Source: Planctomycetota bacterium (GTDB lineage: Bacteria; Planctomycetota; UBA1135; UBA2386). From it: a stretch of 64,000 bases of DNA. The position numbers and the translations under genes were made by a program. The notes under the pieces were generated by a model. That model ran no database searches. It had not been told where the DNA came from and was given only the letters and a program-made list of their open reading frames with translations. Every line of letters begins with the position of its first letter. Within the stretch, counting starts at the first letter, position 1. Location of the stretch: assembly GCA_965223545.1 (NCBI GenBank), contig OZ245006.1, positions 6,880,001 to 6,944,000 of the forward strand. The letters run 5' to 3'. Positions 1 through 8,937 of the stretch are shown piece by piece.

Positions 1-807
1 TCTTGTCGTCGCCAAAGGCTCGCGCAAAGTGGAACGGGCCATCGGCGGGATCCAAAGTCCGTGCTTCCGAGCAAACTCCCTCAGGTGAGGCGCTGCGAGG
101 TAGTTGTTTGAATCGTCAAAGTTGACCTCGCCGATGCGGAGCGCGTTCGCCTGCACCCAAACGGCGTCGTCAGGGATGCGCGTCGCTACCCACGAACGGC
201 CCCCGCCCGCCTCGATGTACCAGATTTCGTCGGGGTCGGCCACTGCGACACCGCTCGGGTAGGTTACGCCGTACTTGGTGTACATCGCGCCAATGAACTC
301 GACGCACTCGCGCGCGGTCCGGCTGCGTTGCAGCGCGACGTATCGGATTCCGCCGGTCAAGCCGCGCTTGATCAGAGGGTCGGCGTCCTTCGCGCGGCTG
401 CTTCGGTCGTCGCCCAGTGCGACGCCGCCACCGATGGCGACCTGGTGCTCGTTGACCGCGATGGCGTCGCCCTCGGCAAAGCCGGTGTGGATGCGCAGGA
501 CAAGCATCGCGTAGGTGTGGGATGCCTGTGGAATCGACAGTCCCGAAGGGAAGGTCACGACGTCGCCTGTCGCGTGATCAGCCGCGGGGATCTTCTCAAC
601 CACCGACGTTTCTGCGCCGGTGAGGTCGTTGTTGTGCGCAACGATGACAGTACCGTTAGCAGTTGTGGCCTTCCCGGCCATCACCATGTAGCAGCTCAGA
701 TCACGTGCAAGCTCGTCGGGGGTGCGGCGAGCCTGCGTGGGGGCAACCGCTGCAAGCGCGAGGGCGACGAAGAGCGACCGAGCGTGGTGGCTTAGCTTCC
801 AGGGCAT
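1..807 (-). CDS. C69-family (Ntn-hydrolase) dipeptidase, secreted; runs off the window start
   Basis: Not in the ORF track; my translation from ATG 807 reads MPWKLSHHARSLFVALALAAVAP..SCYMVMAGKATTANGTVIVAHNNDL..ALQRSRTARECVEFIG..VADPDEIWYIE..WVATRIPDD..ANALRIG. Signal peptide, catalytic Cys and C69 motifs present. Possible 1-nt frameshift near position 51. Confidence 0.85.
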   Translation of the reverse strand, partial: MPWKLSHHARSLFVALALAAVAPTQARRTPDELARDLSCYMVMAGKATTANGTVIVAHNNDLTGAETSVVEKIPAADHATGDVVTFPSGLSIPQASHTYAMLVLRIHTGFAEGDAIAVNEHQVAIGGGVALGDDRSSRAKDADPLIKRGLTGGIRYVALQRSRTARECVEFIGAMYTKYGVTYPSGVAVADPDEIWYIEAGGGRSWVATRIPDDAVWVQANALRIGEVNFDDSNNYLAAPHLREFARKHGLWIPPMARSTLREPLATTR

Positions 808-1226
808 GCGGCTTTCCGTGGTGCTGATGCGGGGGAGGAGGCGAATTGTAGTCCACGGATGCGGAAGGGCTGCACCAGCGGAGCCACCAGGCCGCAGCGG
901 GAGCCGGGGAGCCAGAGCCACCCAGAGGCCGGCGATCTTGGTGCCTACCACCCGGCACCCCGCCGCGAGAACCGACCAGGGTGCAGAAACCGGATGTCGC
1001 CGCTCACAACTGGAGGTGCTGACGCCGTTTCGCGCAGCGCGGCCACCAGGCTTGTCCTCCTGCTTGTCCAGACTCCCGCCCCTTCCAGTCACAGGGTGGC
1101 ATTCGGTGGCACTGCCTGACACTTCGTTCCGCGGTCTTGGAAACCGCGTCCGGCGTGCAAGTCGTTCCAAGAGCGACACGTGAGGCACGCCCGGCTTCTC
1201 GCGGCATCGCCTGGCACCCGGTGGCA

Positions 1227-1303
1227 TGGTACGCCCGACAGGATTCGAACCTGTGACCTCCGGTTTAGGAAACCGATGCTCTATCCAACTGAGCTACGGG
1301 CGC
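1227..1303 (-). tRNA. tRNA-Arg (CCT)
   Basis: Reverse complement GCGCCCGTAGCTCAGTTGGATAGAGCATCGGTTTCCTAAACCGGAGGTCACAGGTTCGAATCCTGTCGGGCGTACCA: cloverleaf, GTTCGAA T-loop, anticodon CCT, encoded CCA. Confidence 0.97.
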
Positions 1304-1664
1304 TCACACCGAGCAGAAGCTACCCAACGCGGCCAGCACTCACCAGAAGTGTGGCAACCATTGTTCGCCCGACAGTTGGGAGCTCGTTGCCGAGCTCCAT
1401 CGCGGGGAGGCCCGCCTGCGGGGGGGAGCGTGGGCATTCTGCTCGGTGCACTGGCGTGCGGGTGCCGATGCTGGCCCCGCCGTCCGTGGTCGCGCGCAAG
1501 CACCCGGTGGAACACGTTTCCCGTGGTAGCGGTGCTTTGCGGACCCCGCGCGACGTCAACGCGTCCAGTGGTCTCGGCCCCTTCCTGCGACAGCTGCGCG
1601 CCGACGATCGCGACGCGTTGAAGAGGCCCGCGAACAGTGCGACGCGCGCATCGACGTTTGCGAG

Positions 1665-2160
1665 ATGATGGGTGGCGGTGGCTACCGGGTCACGATCACT
1701 GTGACCCGCGTGCCGGGCACTCAGAACATCGGTGGGATCGTGCGCGACATCGTGACGCTCGACGGTGAGTTCGTGGAAGACGCGATCGATTGGTAGGCCC
1801 AAGACAGCTCGGGCGAGGTCGGTACCTCCGCGAGATCAGACAACACTGGCCTCTGGGCTCAGCGCGGCCGCCGGCGACCGCGGGACCCGCGACCGACGTT
1901 CGGGTCGCGGAATGCTCCGTGTTTGGTTGCGCCCCCGGCCGCGCTGAGTACCTGATCGGCGACGCCGAAGACCTGGCCATCGTGCTGGCGGTCGATCAGA
2001 CGGTGACCATCGGGCGTGGGCCAGTTCACCGGCTGTGTGCAGACCGGGGACTTCACGCCCCTCGAGCCCGGGCACATCGAGCTTTCTACGCGCCGAATTG
2101 GCATGGTGCTCGAGGTCGACCCGGAGTCGGGCGACCGGTTGGATCTCGCCGAAGTTTGCT
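1665..2160 (+). pseudogene. Decayed conserved hypothetical gene interrupted by the 91-bp element
   Basis: Frame-hopping translation VRDIVTLDGEFVEDAIDW*AQDSSGEV..YL.EI [element] EYLIGDAEDLAIVLAVDQTVTIG/GQFTGCVQTGDFTPLEPGHIE/FYAP.IGMVLEVDPESGDRLDL; in-frame TAG and several frameshifts. Confidence 0.65.
1858..1948 (+). repeat. 91-bp palindromic REP/MITE-like element, copy 1
   Basis: TIRs CTCAGCGCGGCCG (1858-1870) and CGGCCGCGCTGAG (1936-1948); internal hairpin CCGCGACC-N8-GGTCGCGG; near-identical to the reverse complement of 14105-14195 and 59081-59171. Confidence 0.9.
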
Positions 2161-2270
2161 GGGGCTGCTTGCCGATTGTGTCGCCGCGGGGCTGCGCTTT
2201 CGCGGCCCGGCGGGCGGGTGGTGAGGTGATGAACGGGAGCCTGGCTCCGTACGTTCAGCGCGCGTTCACG

Positions 2271-3887
2271 TCAGCGGCGCAGGTTGACCGCGTTGCTGAG
2301 CACGATACCTCCGGGCACGCTGGCATCGAGCACGACGGCCTGGGCGGAGACCGTCGCGCCGGTGCCGGCGGGGAGGCTGAACGGCACCTGCGTCACGTAC
2401 TTGCCGCGCCCGGGGTCGAACGACAGCGACCCGACATTGACGCCGAGCGGCGGCGGAGCCAGGGTCAGGTTGACGACGCGATTGCTGCCGGCCGCGCAGT
2501 TCGCCGGGATCGAGTAGCCCGTGGTCGCGGGAATCGTCCCCAGGTTGACGACGCCACCTGGCTGTGTCGTGCACGAGCCGAGCTGCAGGAACAGCGCGAC
2601 GGGCAGGCCGCTCGCGCGCCCCTCGACGTCGAAGGCATAGGTCCCGCCTGCGCTGAGATCGACGGTTGGGCAGGCGAAGCCCAAGGGTGCCAGCGAGGCT
2701 CCGTTCTGGTGGACGCCGAGCAGGTTCTCGCCGGACACTCCGGGCGTTGCGATGCCGTTCAGCAGGGCCCGGACTGTGGCAACACCCGTGTAGACGAGGT
2801 CGGGACCGAGTTGCCCGTCGAGGTCGCCGATGGCCGCGAAGTCGATCCAGGTGACGCCGGTCGGGCTCTCACCGGACAGCTGGAAGGTCCCCGTCCCGTC
2901 GTTGAGGAGGATGCGGATCCCCTGGCCGGATCCGGCCAGCACGATGTCGGCCGCCCCGGACCCGTCCATGTCCACGATCTCGATGTAGTTGACTATGCCC
3001 GCGGCCACCGGCGGCACCGCCGTGAATCCGCCAGCGCCGTTGTTGAACATCACCTGCACGGTGTAGGGCGTCACGGGAAACCCGGAGCCATCGCCGTACA
3101 CGATGTCGTCACCCGGCGCGCCGTCGAGCTCACCGGCGGCAATGCGGTTCGGCGCGCTCGGGGTTGTGTACGGAGAACCCGGAGCGCGGGCGAGGCCGCC
3201 ACTGCCGTTGTTCAGCAGGATCTCGATGATCCCGGTCGATGGCGAGGTCGGCACGGCCACCGCGACGTCGGGTCCGTTGCCGCCGTCGAAGTCGCCGACC
3301 GCGACCTCGCAGCCACAACAATACGACCTGAACTGCGGTGGGCCAAAGCCACCGCTGCCGTCGTTCAGGAGCCAGCTAACGCCGTTGATCAGGCCGGCGA
3401 CGACGTCGTCGCCGTTCTGGCCGTCGAGGTCCACGACGTGGATGTCGTTGAACGTGCCGGGGATCGAATAGACCGGTCCGGGCACGAAGGCGCCGGTGCC
3501 GTCGTTGTGGTAGACGGCGAGGTCGTTGGGGAAGATCCGACCGACCACGAGGTCGTCCCCGTTCATGCCATCCAGATCCGCCAGTCCGACGAAGCCACTG
3601 GTTGCGACGTTGTGCTGCGGCGAAGCTACGAGGGCGCCGGAGCCGTCGTTCAGCAGGACTGCGACTATGCCCATGCCTGGCACGTTCGTCACGGCGTCGA
3701 GACCCTGGACGCCGTCGATGTCGCCGAGCGCGATGGTTCGTCCGTCCAACGCCAGCGGCGTCGGAAACGCCGGGGTCAGACCGACGGCGCATTGCGCTGA
3801 CAAGGCGGGGCTCGCGGCGAGGAACGCGAAGACGGAGAACGCTGCAGCCATTGGTCGGACACGGTGACGGAGATTCTTGTCAATCAT
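2271..3887 (-). CDS. Secreted FG-GAP/VCBS-repeat protein with shared C-terminal domain
   Basis: Signal peptide (..LAASPALSAQ); repeated (G/A)D(L/F)DGxxGxD(L/V) and LLNDGSG motifs; C-terminus AQAVVLDASVPGGIVLSNAVNLRR. Confidence 0.9.
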   Translation of the reverse strand: MIDKNLRHRVRPMAAAFSVFAFLAASPALSAQCAVGLTPAFPTPLALDGRTIALGDIDGVQGLDAVTNVPGMGIVAVLLNDGSGALVASPQHNVATSGFVGLADLDGMNGDDLVVGRIFPNDLAVYHNDGTGAFVPGPVYSIPGTFNDIHVVDLDGQNGDDVVAGLINGVSWLLNDGSGGFGPPQFRSYCCGCEVAVGDFDGGNGPDVAVAVPTSPSTGIIEILLNNGSGGLARAPGSPYTTPSAPNRIAAGELDGAPGDDIVYGDGSGFPVTPYTVQVMFNNGAGGFTAVPPVAAGIVNYIEIVDMDGSGAADIVLAGSGQGIRILLNDGTGTFQLSGESPTGVTWIDFAAIGDLDGQLGPDLVYTGVATVRALLNGIATPGVSGENLLGVHQNGASLAPLGFACPTVDLSAGGTYAFDVEGRASGLPVALFLQLGSCTTQPGGVVNLGTIPATTGYSIPANCAAGSNRVVNLTLAPPPLGVNVGSLSFDPGRGKYVTQVPFSLPAGTGATVSAQAVVLDASVPGGIVLSNAVNLRR

Positions 3888-4214
3888 CAGGACCTCGATT
3901 GGTTGGTTGCCGGGCAGGTTCCGGATCGCGGCGTCTTCGGTTACGAGCGGCGCTTGGGATCTCGGGTTTCTGGCCGGGAGGGGGCAGGAGACATCTGGCG
4001 CACCGCCCTACAGAGTAGCCCGACACCGATGCCGACGGCCGGGTTGCGACGCCGGGGGCGGCTCCGGGCGTTGCTTTCGCATGGCAGTAACGTACGCCAC
4101 CGCATCGTGTCCTTCCGGCAAGCGCCGTCTGGCCTGGCCCCTTCGCTGGTAGGTGGGTACGCGCTTGCGATGGCAGCGGCGCAGCTCCGTAGCTCTCCGC
4201 CGTAGCCGTCTCTG

Positions 4215-6779
4215 TTATCGCGAGCCGAGCCGCAGGCGCGTCGCCGATGAGAACGCCCACCCGCCCGGCGCGGCCACGTCGCTGACCGCCGCCTGCAAGT
4301 ACACCTGCCAGCCGACGAACGTCGGATTGAACGGCAGCGGCACCGCCCAGCTCGTCGCGCCTACCGAGGCCGTGCGCGTTGGCAGCTCGAGAAGCGGTGC
4401 CACGTGCAGCGCGCATCCCCCGAATCCCATTGGGCGCAGCGCGACCGGGAGTGAGGCCCCGCTCCACGTGGCGTCGGATACACCGAGGAGCGCGACCGCC
4501 GGCACGTTGCGCGCGGTGGGGCCGAGCGTGAACGCACCCGCTCGACCGAGCACGGGGCGACCGCCGGTCCAGCTCGCGCGGAGCGGGCCTCTGCCGACGC
4601 CGCACGCGACGCCGAAGGTGGTCACCGCGGCGTTGGCCGTGGGATCGCGGTAGAGGTTGACGTAGCCGGCGTTCCACGGGCCGCCAACGGGGGCGGCGGC
4701 CGCGACCGTCGCGCCGCCCGCGCTCGGCACGCGCATCAGCGCCAAGTGCCGCCCGAACGCGTCGCCGGGGCCGCCGTTGCGCGCCGAGAACAGCACCGTG
4801 CTCGCGTCGGTACCGGACAACACCCACACCTGGTTGGTCGCCGGGTCGGAGGCCGCGAAGTCGTCGGTTCCGTCGCCGTCCCAGTCGGCACCGGTCGCCA
4901 ACTCGGTGCCGCCCGGCCACGTGGGGAGCGAGCGCGCGACGGTTCCGGTGGCGCCGGAGATCAGCTCCAGCATGCCGGGGCGTGCGGCCCAGAGATCGGC
5001 GACGCCGTCGCCGGTGCGGTCGCCGGCGTCCGCGTAGCCGTTGGTTGCCGGCAGGGTGAACAGCACCGAGCCCAAGGCGCTCGAGTAGACGGCGCCGTCC
5101 AGCATCACCTCGCGTTCGCCGTCGCCGTCGAGGTCGCCGACCGACAGCAGGTGCGCGGTCACTGCGGGCCACACGGGTGCGAGCGGGATGCCGGTGCGGC
5201 CGGACAGAATCAGGGTCGAAGGGCCCACCGAGACGACCACGTCGGGAACGCCATCCGCGTCCCAGTCGGTTCCCGCGGCGATGTGGCGGCCGAAGGCGGT
5301 GTTGGCGTTGGTGACGTCGAGCAGCCGCGCGCCGCCCGCGCCGTAGATCGAGACCCTTCCCGAGCCACCGCCCCCGGCGCCGACCGCGACGTCGACCCGG
5401 CCGTCGCCGTCGACGTCGCCGGCGGGGGAGATGCTCATGAAGCCGGAGGAGCTCGAGGGCGTCCGTGGCGCGAAGAGCAGGCGGCCGTCGCCGCCGTCGT
5501 GGACGCTCAGCACCGCTTCGTGCCCGCGCAGCGGATCGAAGCGCAGCTCGCCGCGCGCGTAGTCGCCGATCCCGTCGCCGTTGACGTCACCCACCGACTC
5601 CAGCGCCAGCGTCGCGCCCGTCCTGCTGCTGGGCGAGCTGGTCTCCAGCCCCGAGCGCAGGCTGACGATCTCGATTGCACCCGGGGTGCCGAGCGCCACG
5701 TCGTCGAAACCATCGCGATCCACGTCGGCGACCGCTGCGGCGCTGCTCGCGACGAATGCCGCGCCGTCGACGTAGGAGCCGAGAAACGTCTTGAACAGAG
5801 GCAGCCACACGGACCCGGCCGCGGTGAGCAGCGGTCGCGGCTCGCCATTGCCGGCAAAGCGACCGATCGCCGCGACCCCGGTCAACACCCGCGCCACGCC
5901 ACACGTCGTGCAAGAGCCGGTGCCGTTCCAACTCGCGATGAGCGCTCCGGTCTGGCCGGAGTACACCCGCAAGTAGCCGGCGGATGCGGGCGGCGGACCG
6001 AACTCCTGCTGGTGAAAGGCAAAGTCGTCGTCCAACCCGTCGCCGTCGAGGTCGCCCATGGCTCCGACGACCGACGCGGGAGCCGCCACGTGCTGCGAGT
6101 GGCTGCGCAAGGACGCGCCGGTCACGCCGCTGTGCAGATCGATGGCCGCCGTGGCGTTGCTGGCGTCGGCCCAGCTGAGACTGACGTCCGCCCGGCCGTC
6201 GGCATCGACGTCGCCGCAGAACGCGGCGGCGAGCACGGTCCCCGGCGCGTTCGCAGTGTGCACCACGGCACCGGTTCGCCCAGATACGACCTGCCAGTCG
6301 GAACCCATGGACGCCGCGCAGAGCAAGTCATCGTGGCCATCGCCGTCGAAGTCTTGCCCCGCGTCCAGCAATGGCGCCGCGCCGAGGGTGTGCAGCACCA
6401 GCGCGCGACTCACCGAGTAGCACCACAACGTGCCGGCGGCCTCGACCCACACGTCGCCGGTGCCGTCGGCATCGGCGTCGCCAGCGGCGATCAGGCGGTC
6501 GATGCGCGTGCCGGCGGGCACCGGCGGCAGCCAGCGTCGCACCAGTGCGCCGGTGCGGGCGGAGTACGCGCGCATCTCGGCCAGTGGCGCCACGGCCGCG
6601 ACCGCGATGTCGTCGGCGCCGTCGAGATCGGCATCGCCGAGTGAGACCAGCGTCGCCGCTGTGCCATCGAAGCCGGGGATGGACAGCTGTTGCAGCACCT
6701 GCTGGCCGGTCACGCCGGCGCTGCCGAGCCCGCAACAGAGCGCGATTCTCCAGAACACCGACTTCGACCCGAGACTCAT
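4215..6779 (-). CDS. Secreted integrin-alpha-like FG-GAP repeat protein with shared C-terminal domain
   Basis: Many GDxDGDGxxD Ca-binding repeats and (V/Y)SGxTG motifs; C-terminus YLQAAVSDVAAPGGWAFSSATRLRLGSR. Confidence 0.9.
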   Translation of the reverse strand: MSLGSKSVFWRIALCCGLGSAGVTGQQVLQQLSIPGFDGTAATLVSLGDADLDGADDIAVAAVAPLAEMRAYSARTGALVRRWLPPVPAGTRIDRLIAAGDADADGTGDVWVEAAGTLWCYSVSRALVLHTLGAAPLLDAGQDFDGDGHDDLLCAASMGSDWQVVSGRTGAVVHTANAPGTVLAAAFCGDVDADGRADVSLSWADASNATAAIDLHSGVTGASLRSHSQHVAAPASVVGAMGDLDGDGLDDDFAFHQQEFGPPPASAGYLRVYSGQTGALIASWNGTGSCTTCGVARVLTGVAAIGRFAGNGEPRPLLTAAGSVWLPLFKTFLGSYVDGAAFVASSAAAVADVDRDGFDDVALGTPGAIEIVSLRSGLETSSPSSRTGATLALESVGDVNGDGIGDYARGELRFDPLRGHEAVLSVHDGGDGRLLFAPRTPSSSSGFMSISPAGDVDGDGRVDVAVGAGGGGSGRVSIYGAGGARLLDVTNANTAFGRHIAAGTDWDADGVPDVVVSVGPSTLILSGRTGIPLAPVWPAVTAHLLSVGDLDGDGEREVMLDGAVYSSALGSVLFTLPATNGYADAGDRTGDGVADLWAARPGMLELISGATGTVARSLPTWPGGTELATGADWDGDGTDDFAASDPATNQVWVLSGTDASTVLFSARNGGPGDAFGRHLALMRVPSAGGATVAAAAPVGGPWNAGYVNLYRDPTANAAVTTFGVACGVGRGPLRASWTGGRPVLGRAGAFTLGPTARNVPAVALLGVSDATWSGASLPVALRPMGFGGCALHVAPLLELPTRTASVGATSWAVPLPFNPTFVGWQVYLQAAVSDVAAPGGWAFSSATRLRLGSR

Positions 6780-6786
6780 GCCCCCA

Positions 6787-7188
6787 TCATACCGTCTCGG
6801 CGGGCTGGATCAGGTCCCACAGGTTGCCGTAGAGGTCCTCGAAAACGGCGACCGTGCCATACGGTTCGGTGCGCGGGCCGCGCGCGAACACGATCCCCTT
6901 GGCCGTCATCTCTTCGTAGTCGCGCCAGAAGTCATCGGTACCGAGGAAGAACGAGACGCGTCCGCCGGTCTGATTGCCGATGAACGCCGTTTGACCGTCG
7001 TTGGATGGGCGCGCGAGCACGATCCCCGTGCCGTTCGAGCCCGGCGGCGCGACGACGACCCATCGCTTGCCCTGCTCGGGCACGAACGTGTCCTCGAGCA
7101 GCTCGAAGTGCAGGGTCCGGGTGTAGAAGTCGATGGCTTCGTCGTAGTCGCGCACGACCAGGGCCACGAGCAGGATGGACTGCTTCAT
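6787..7188 (-). CDS. VOC/glyoxalase family protein
   Basis: ALVVRDYDEAIDFYT..L.F; GNQTGGRV; EPYGTVAVFEDLYGNLWDLIQ. Confidence 0.93.
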   Translation of the reverse strand: MKQSILLVALVVRDYDEAIDFYTRTLHFELLEDTFVPEQGKRWVVVAPPGSNGTGIVLARPSNDGQTAFIGNQTGGRVSFFLGTDDFWRDYEEMTAKGIVFARGPRTEPYGTVAVFEDLYGNLWDLIQPAETV

Positions 7189-7317
7189 CCCGGTCGATGC
7201 TGCGCGCGGCGGCCGTCCGCAAAAAGAAAGAATTGGTGTCGGTCAGCGCTGTCGTGGATCGTTGGCAGTGCAGCGGTGGAATGCGTTCCACTTCGTTTTG
7301 CGTGTGAGGATCGTGTC

Positions 7318-8910
7318 GTGACCCTGGTGATCACTGGCCGCATTGCCCCGATGGCCTCTGGCGATCCCGCGGCGTCGTTCACCGGCTCCGTTTTCCTCGC
7401 CGAGGGCCGCGTGCAGGCCGTGCGCGCCAGCGGCGCGCCGGAGCCGGCCGGCTTCGCCGAGGCGCCGCGGATCGACGTCGGCGCCGCGTTCGTCTATCCC
7501 GGCCTGTTGGACCTGCACTCGCACATCGGCTACGCGAGCATCCCGCTGTGGTCGGAGGACTCGCGGCCGACGCCGTTCTTGCACCACGACAACTGGCCCA
7601 ATGCGCGGAGCTACAAGTCGTCGGTGACCTGGCCGGCCTATCTGGTCGCGGCGGGGGCGCCGGAGGCGCTGCTGGTCTACGCGCAGGTGCGCGCGCTGGC
7701 GGGCGGCACGACCGCGATCCAGGGCTGGCCCTCGCGCAACCGCAATCCGCTCAATCGGCTGGTGCGCTCGGTGGACGACGAGGATCTCGGCACCGGCGAC
7801 ATGGTGCGGACTTCGGCGTTGACGCTGGACGACGACGAGCTGCGCGAGCGGGCAGAGCGGATGGAGCAGGGCTTCGGTTTCATCTACCACTGCGGCGAGG
7901 GGCAGAAGGGCAGCATCGTCACGCGCGAGTTCGACGACGTCGCCACGACCAACTGCCTGCGGCAAAACCTGATCGCCATCCACATGAACGCGCTCGACGG
8001 CGACGTGTTCCGGCAGTGGAAGGAGCGCGCGGAGCTCGCCGGTGACGATGGGCCGGGGACGTTGGTGTGGTCGCCGTTCTCCAACCTGTGGCTGTACGGC
8101 AGCGATGAGACCACCGATGTCGCGGCGGCGCGTGCCGCCGGCATCGGTGTGTGTCTGGGGACCGACTGGGGGCCGTCGGGGACCAAGAACCTCTTGGGTG
8201 AGCTGAAGGTGGCGCGGATCTGGTCCGAGCGCGAGGGGTTGGGGCTGACCGCGTTCGACCTGGCCCGCATGGTGACCGCGACCCCCGGCGATGCGCTCGC
8301 GCGGCATTGGGGTGCGCAGGCCGGTCGCCTTGTCGAGGATGCGGTGGGGGATGTCGCGGTGATCGACGCGCGCGACGAAGATCCCTGGGAGAACCTGGTG
8401 CTCGCGCAGGAGGAGGACGTTCTCCTGGTCTGTGTCGAGGGCGAGGCCCGCTTCGGGACGCGCACGCTGATGCGTGCGGCGGGCCAGCGCGCGACGACGT
8501 CGGTCGATCTCGGCAACCGCAACAGCCGGCACGTCGCGTTGGTCGACCCCGCCGATCCCGACAAGAGGTGGTACTGGTCGCGCGTGCTGCGCGCGATCGA
8601 TGACGTGCGCAAGGATCCCGCCGGGGCGTTGGCCATGGGACTCCACGCGCGGCGGTTGGCCGCCGACAACGAGCGCGCGCGCCGGCGCGACGGGGTGCCG
8701 CAACCGCGGGGTGCCGCCGGCGACCCGCTCATCCTCGAACTCGACATGCCGGGGCCGGGCGGCGTGCGCGCCGGCCCGCCGCCCGATCCCGCCAGCGTGG
8801 TCGTGCCCAAGGCGCCCGGCCTGCGGCACGACCGGCCGTGGCGGGCGACGTTGACGGGCCGGGCCCATCACGGCGGCGTGCTCGACGAGCTCGACCGTTT
8901 CTACGAGTAG
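7318..8910 (+). CDS. Metal-dependent amidohydrolase, deaminase-like subtype
   Basis: GAGGA RBS then GTG 7318; PGLLDLHSH (HxH), GGTT, YHCGEG (HxxE), IHMN, LGTDWGPSG (catalytic Asp). Confidence 0.88.
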   Translation: MTLVITGRIAPMASGDPAASFTGSVFLAEGRVQAVRASGAPEPAGFAEAPRIDVGAAFVYPGLLDLHSHIGYASIPLWSEDSRPTPFLHHDNWPNARSYKSSVTWPAYLVAAGAPEALLVYAQVRALAGGTTAIQGWPSRNRNPLNRLVRSVDDEDLGTGDMVRTSALTLDDDELRERAERMEQGFGFIYHCGEGQKGSIVTREFDDVATTNCLRQNLIAIHMNALDGDVFRQWKERAELAGDDGPGTLVWSPFSNLWLYGSDETTDVAAARAAGIGVCLGTDWGPSGTKNLLGELKVARIWSEREGLGLTAFDLARMVTATPGDALARHWGAQAGRLVEDAVGDVAVIDARDEDPWENLVLAQEEDVLLVCVEGEARFGTRTLMRAAGQRATTSVDLGNRNSRHVALVDPADPDKRWYWSRVLRAIDDVRKDPAGALAMGLHARRLAADNERARRRDGVPQPRGAAGDPLILELDMPGPGGVRAGPPPDPASVVVPKAPGLRHDRPWRATLTGRAHHGGVLDELDRFYE

Positions 8911-8937
8911 CCGAGAGTGGGCGCTTAGGTATCGACG

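Noticed and set aside
1320..1802. 160-aa minus-strand ORF and ORFs overlapping the tRNAs
   Set aside because: No motifs; antisense to a pseudogene or overlapping tRNA genes
2271..6779. Recurring GTCGCCGTCGAGGTCGCC-like DNA repeats as a CRISPR or tandem array
   Set aside because: They are FG-GAP codon repeats, degenerate and irregularly spaced; no cas genes
6430..7317. N-terminal ~296 aa of the 826-aa ORF
   Set aside because: Antisense to the FG-GAP and VOC genes; the RBS and domain start support GTG 7318
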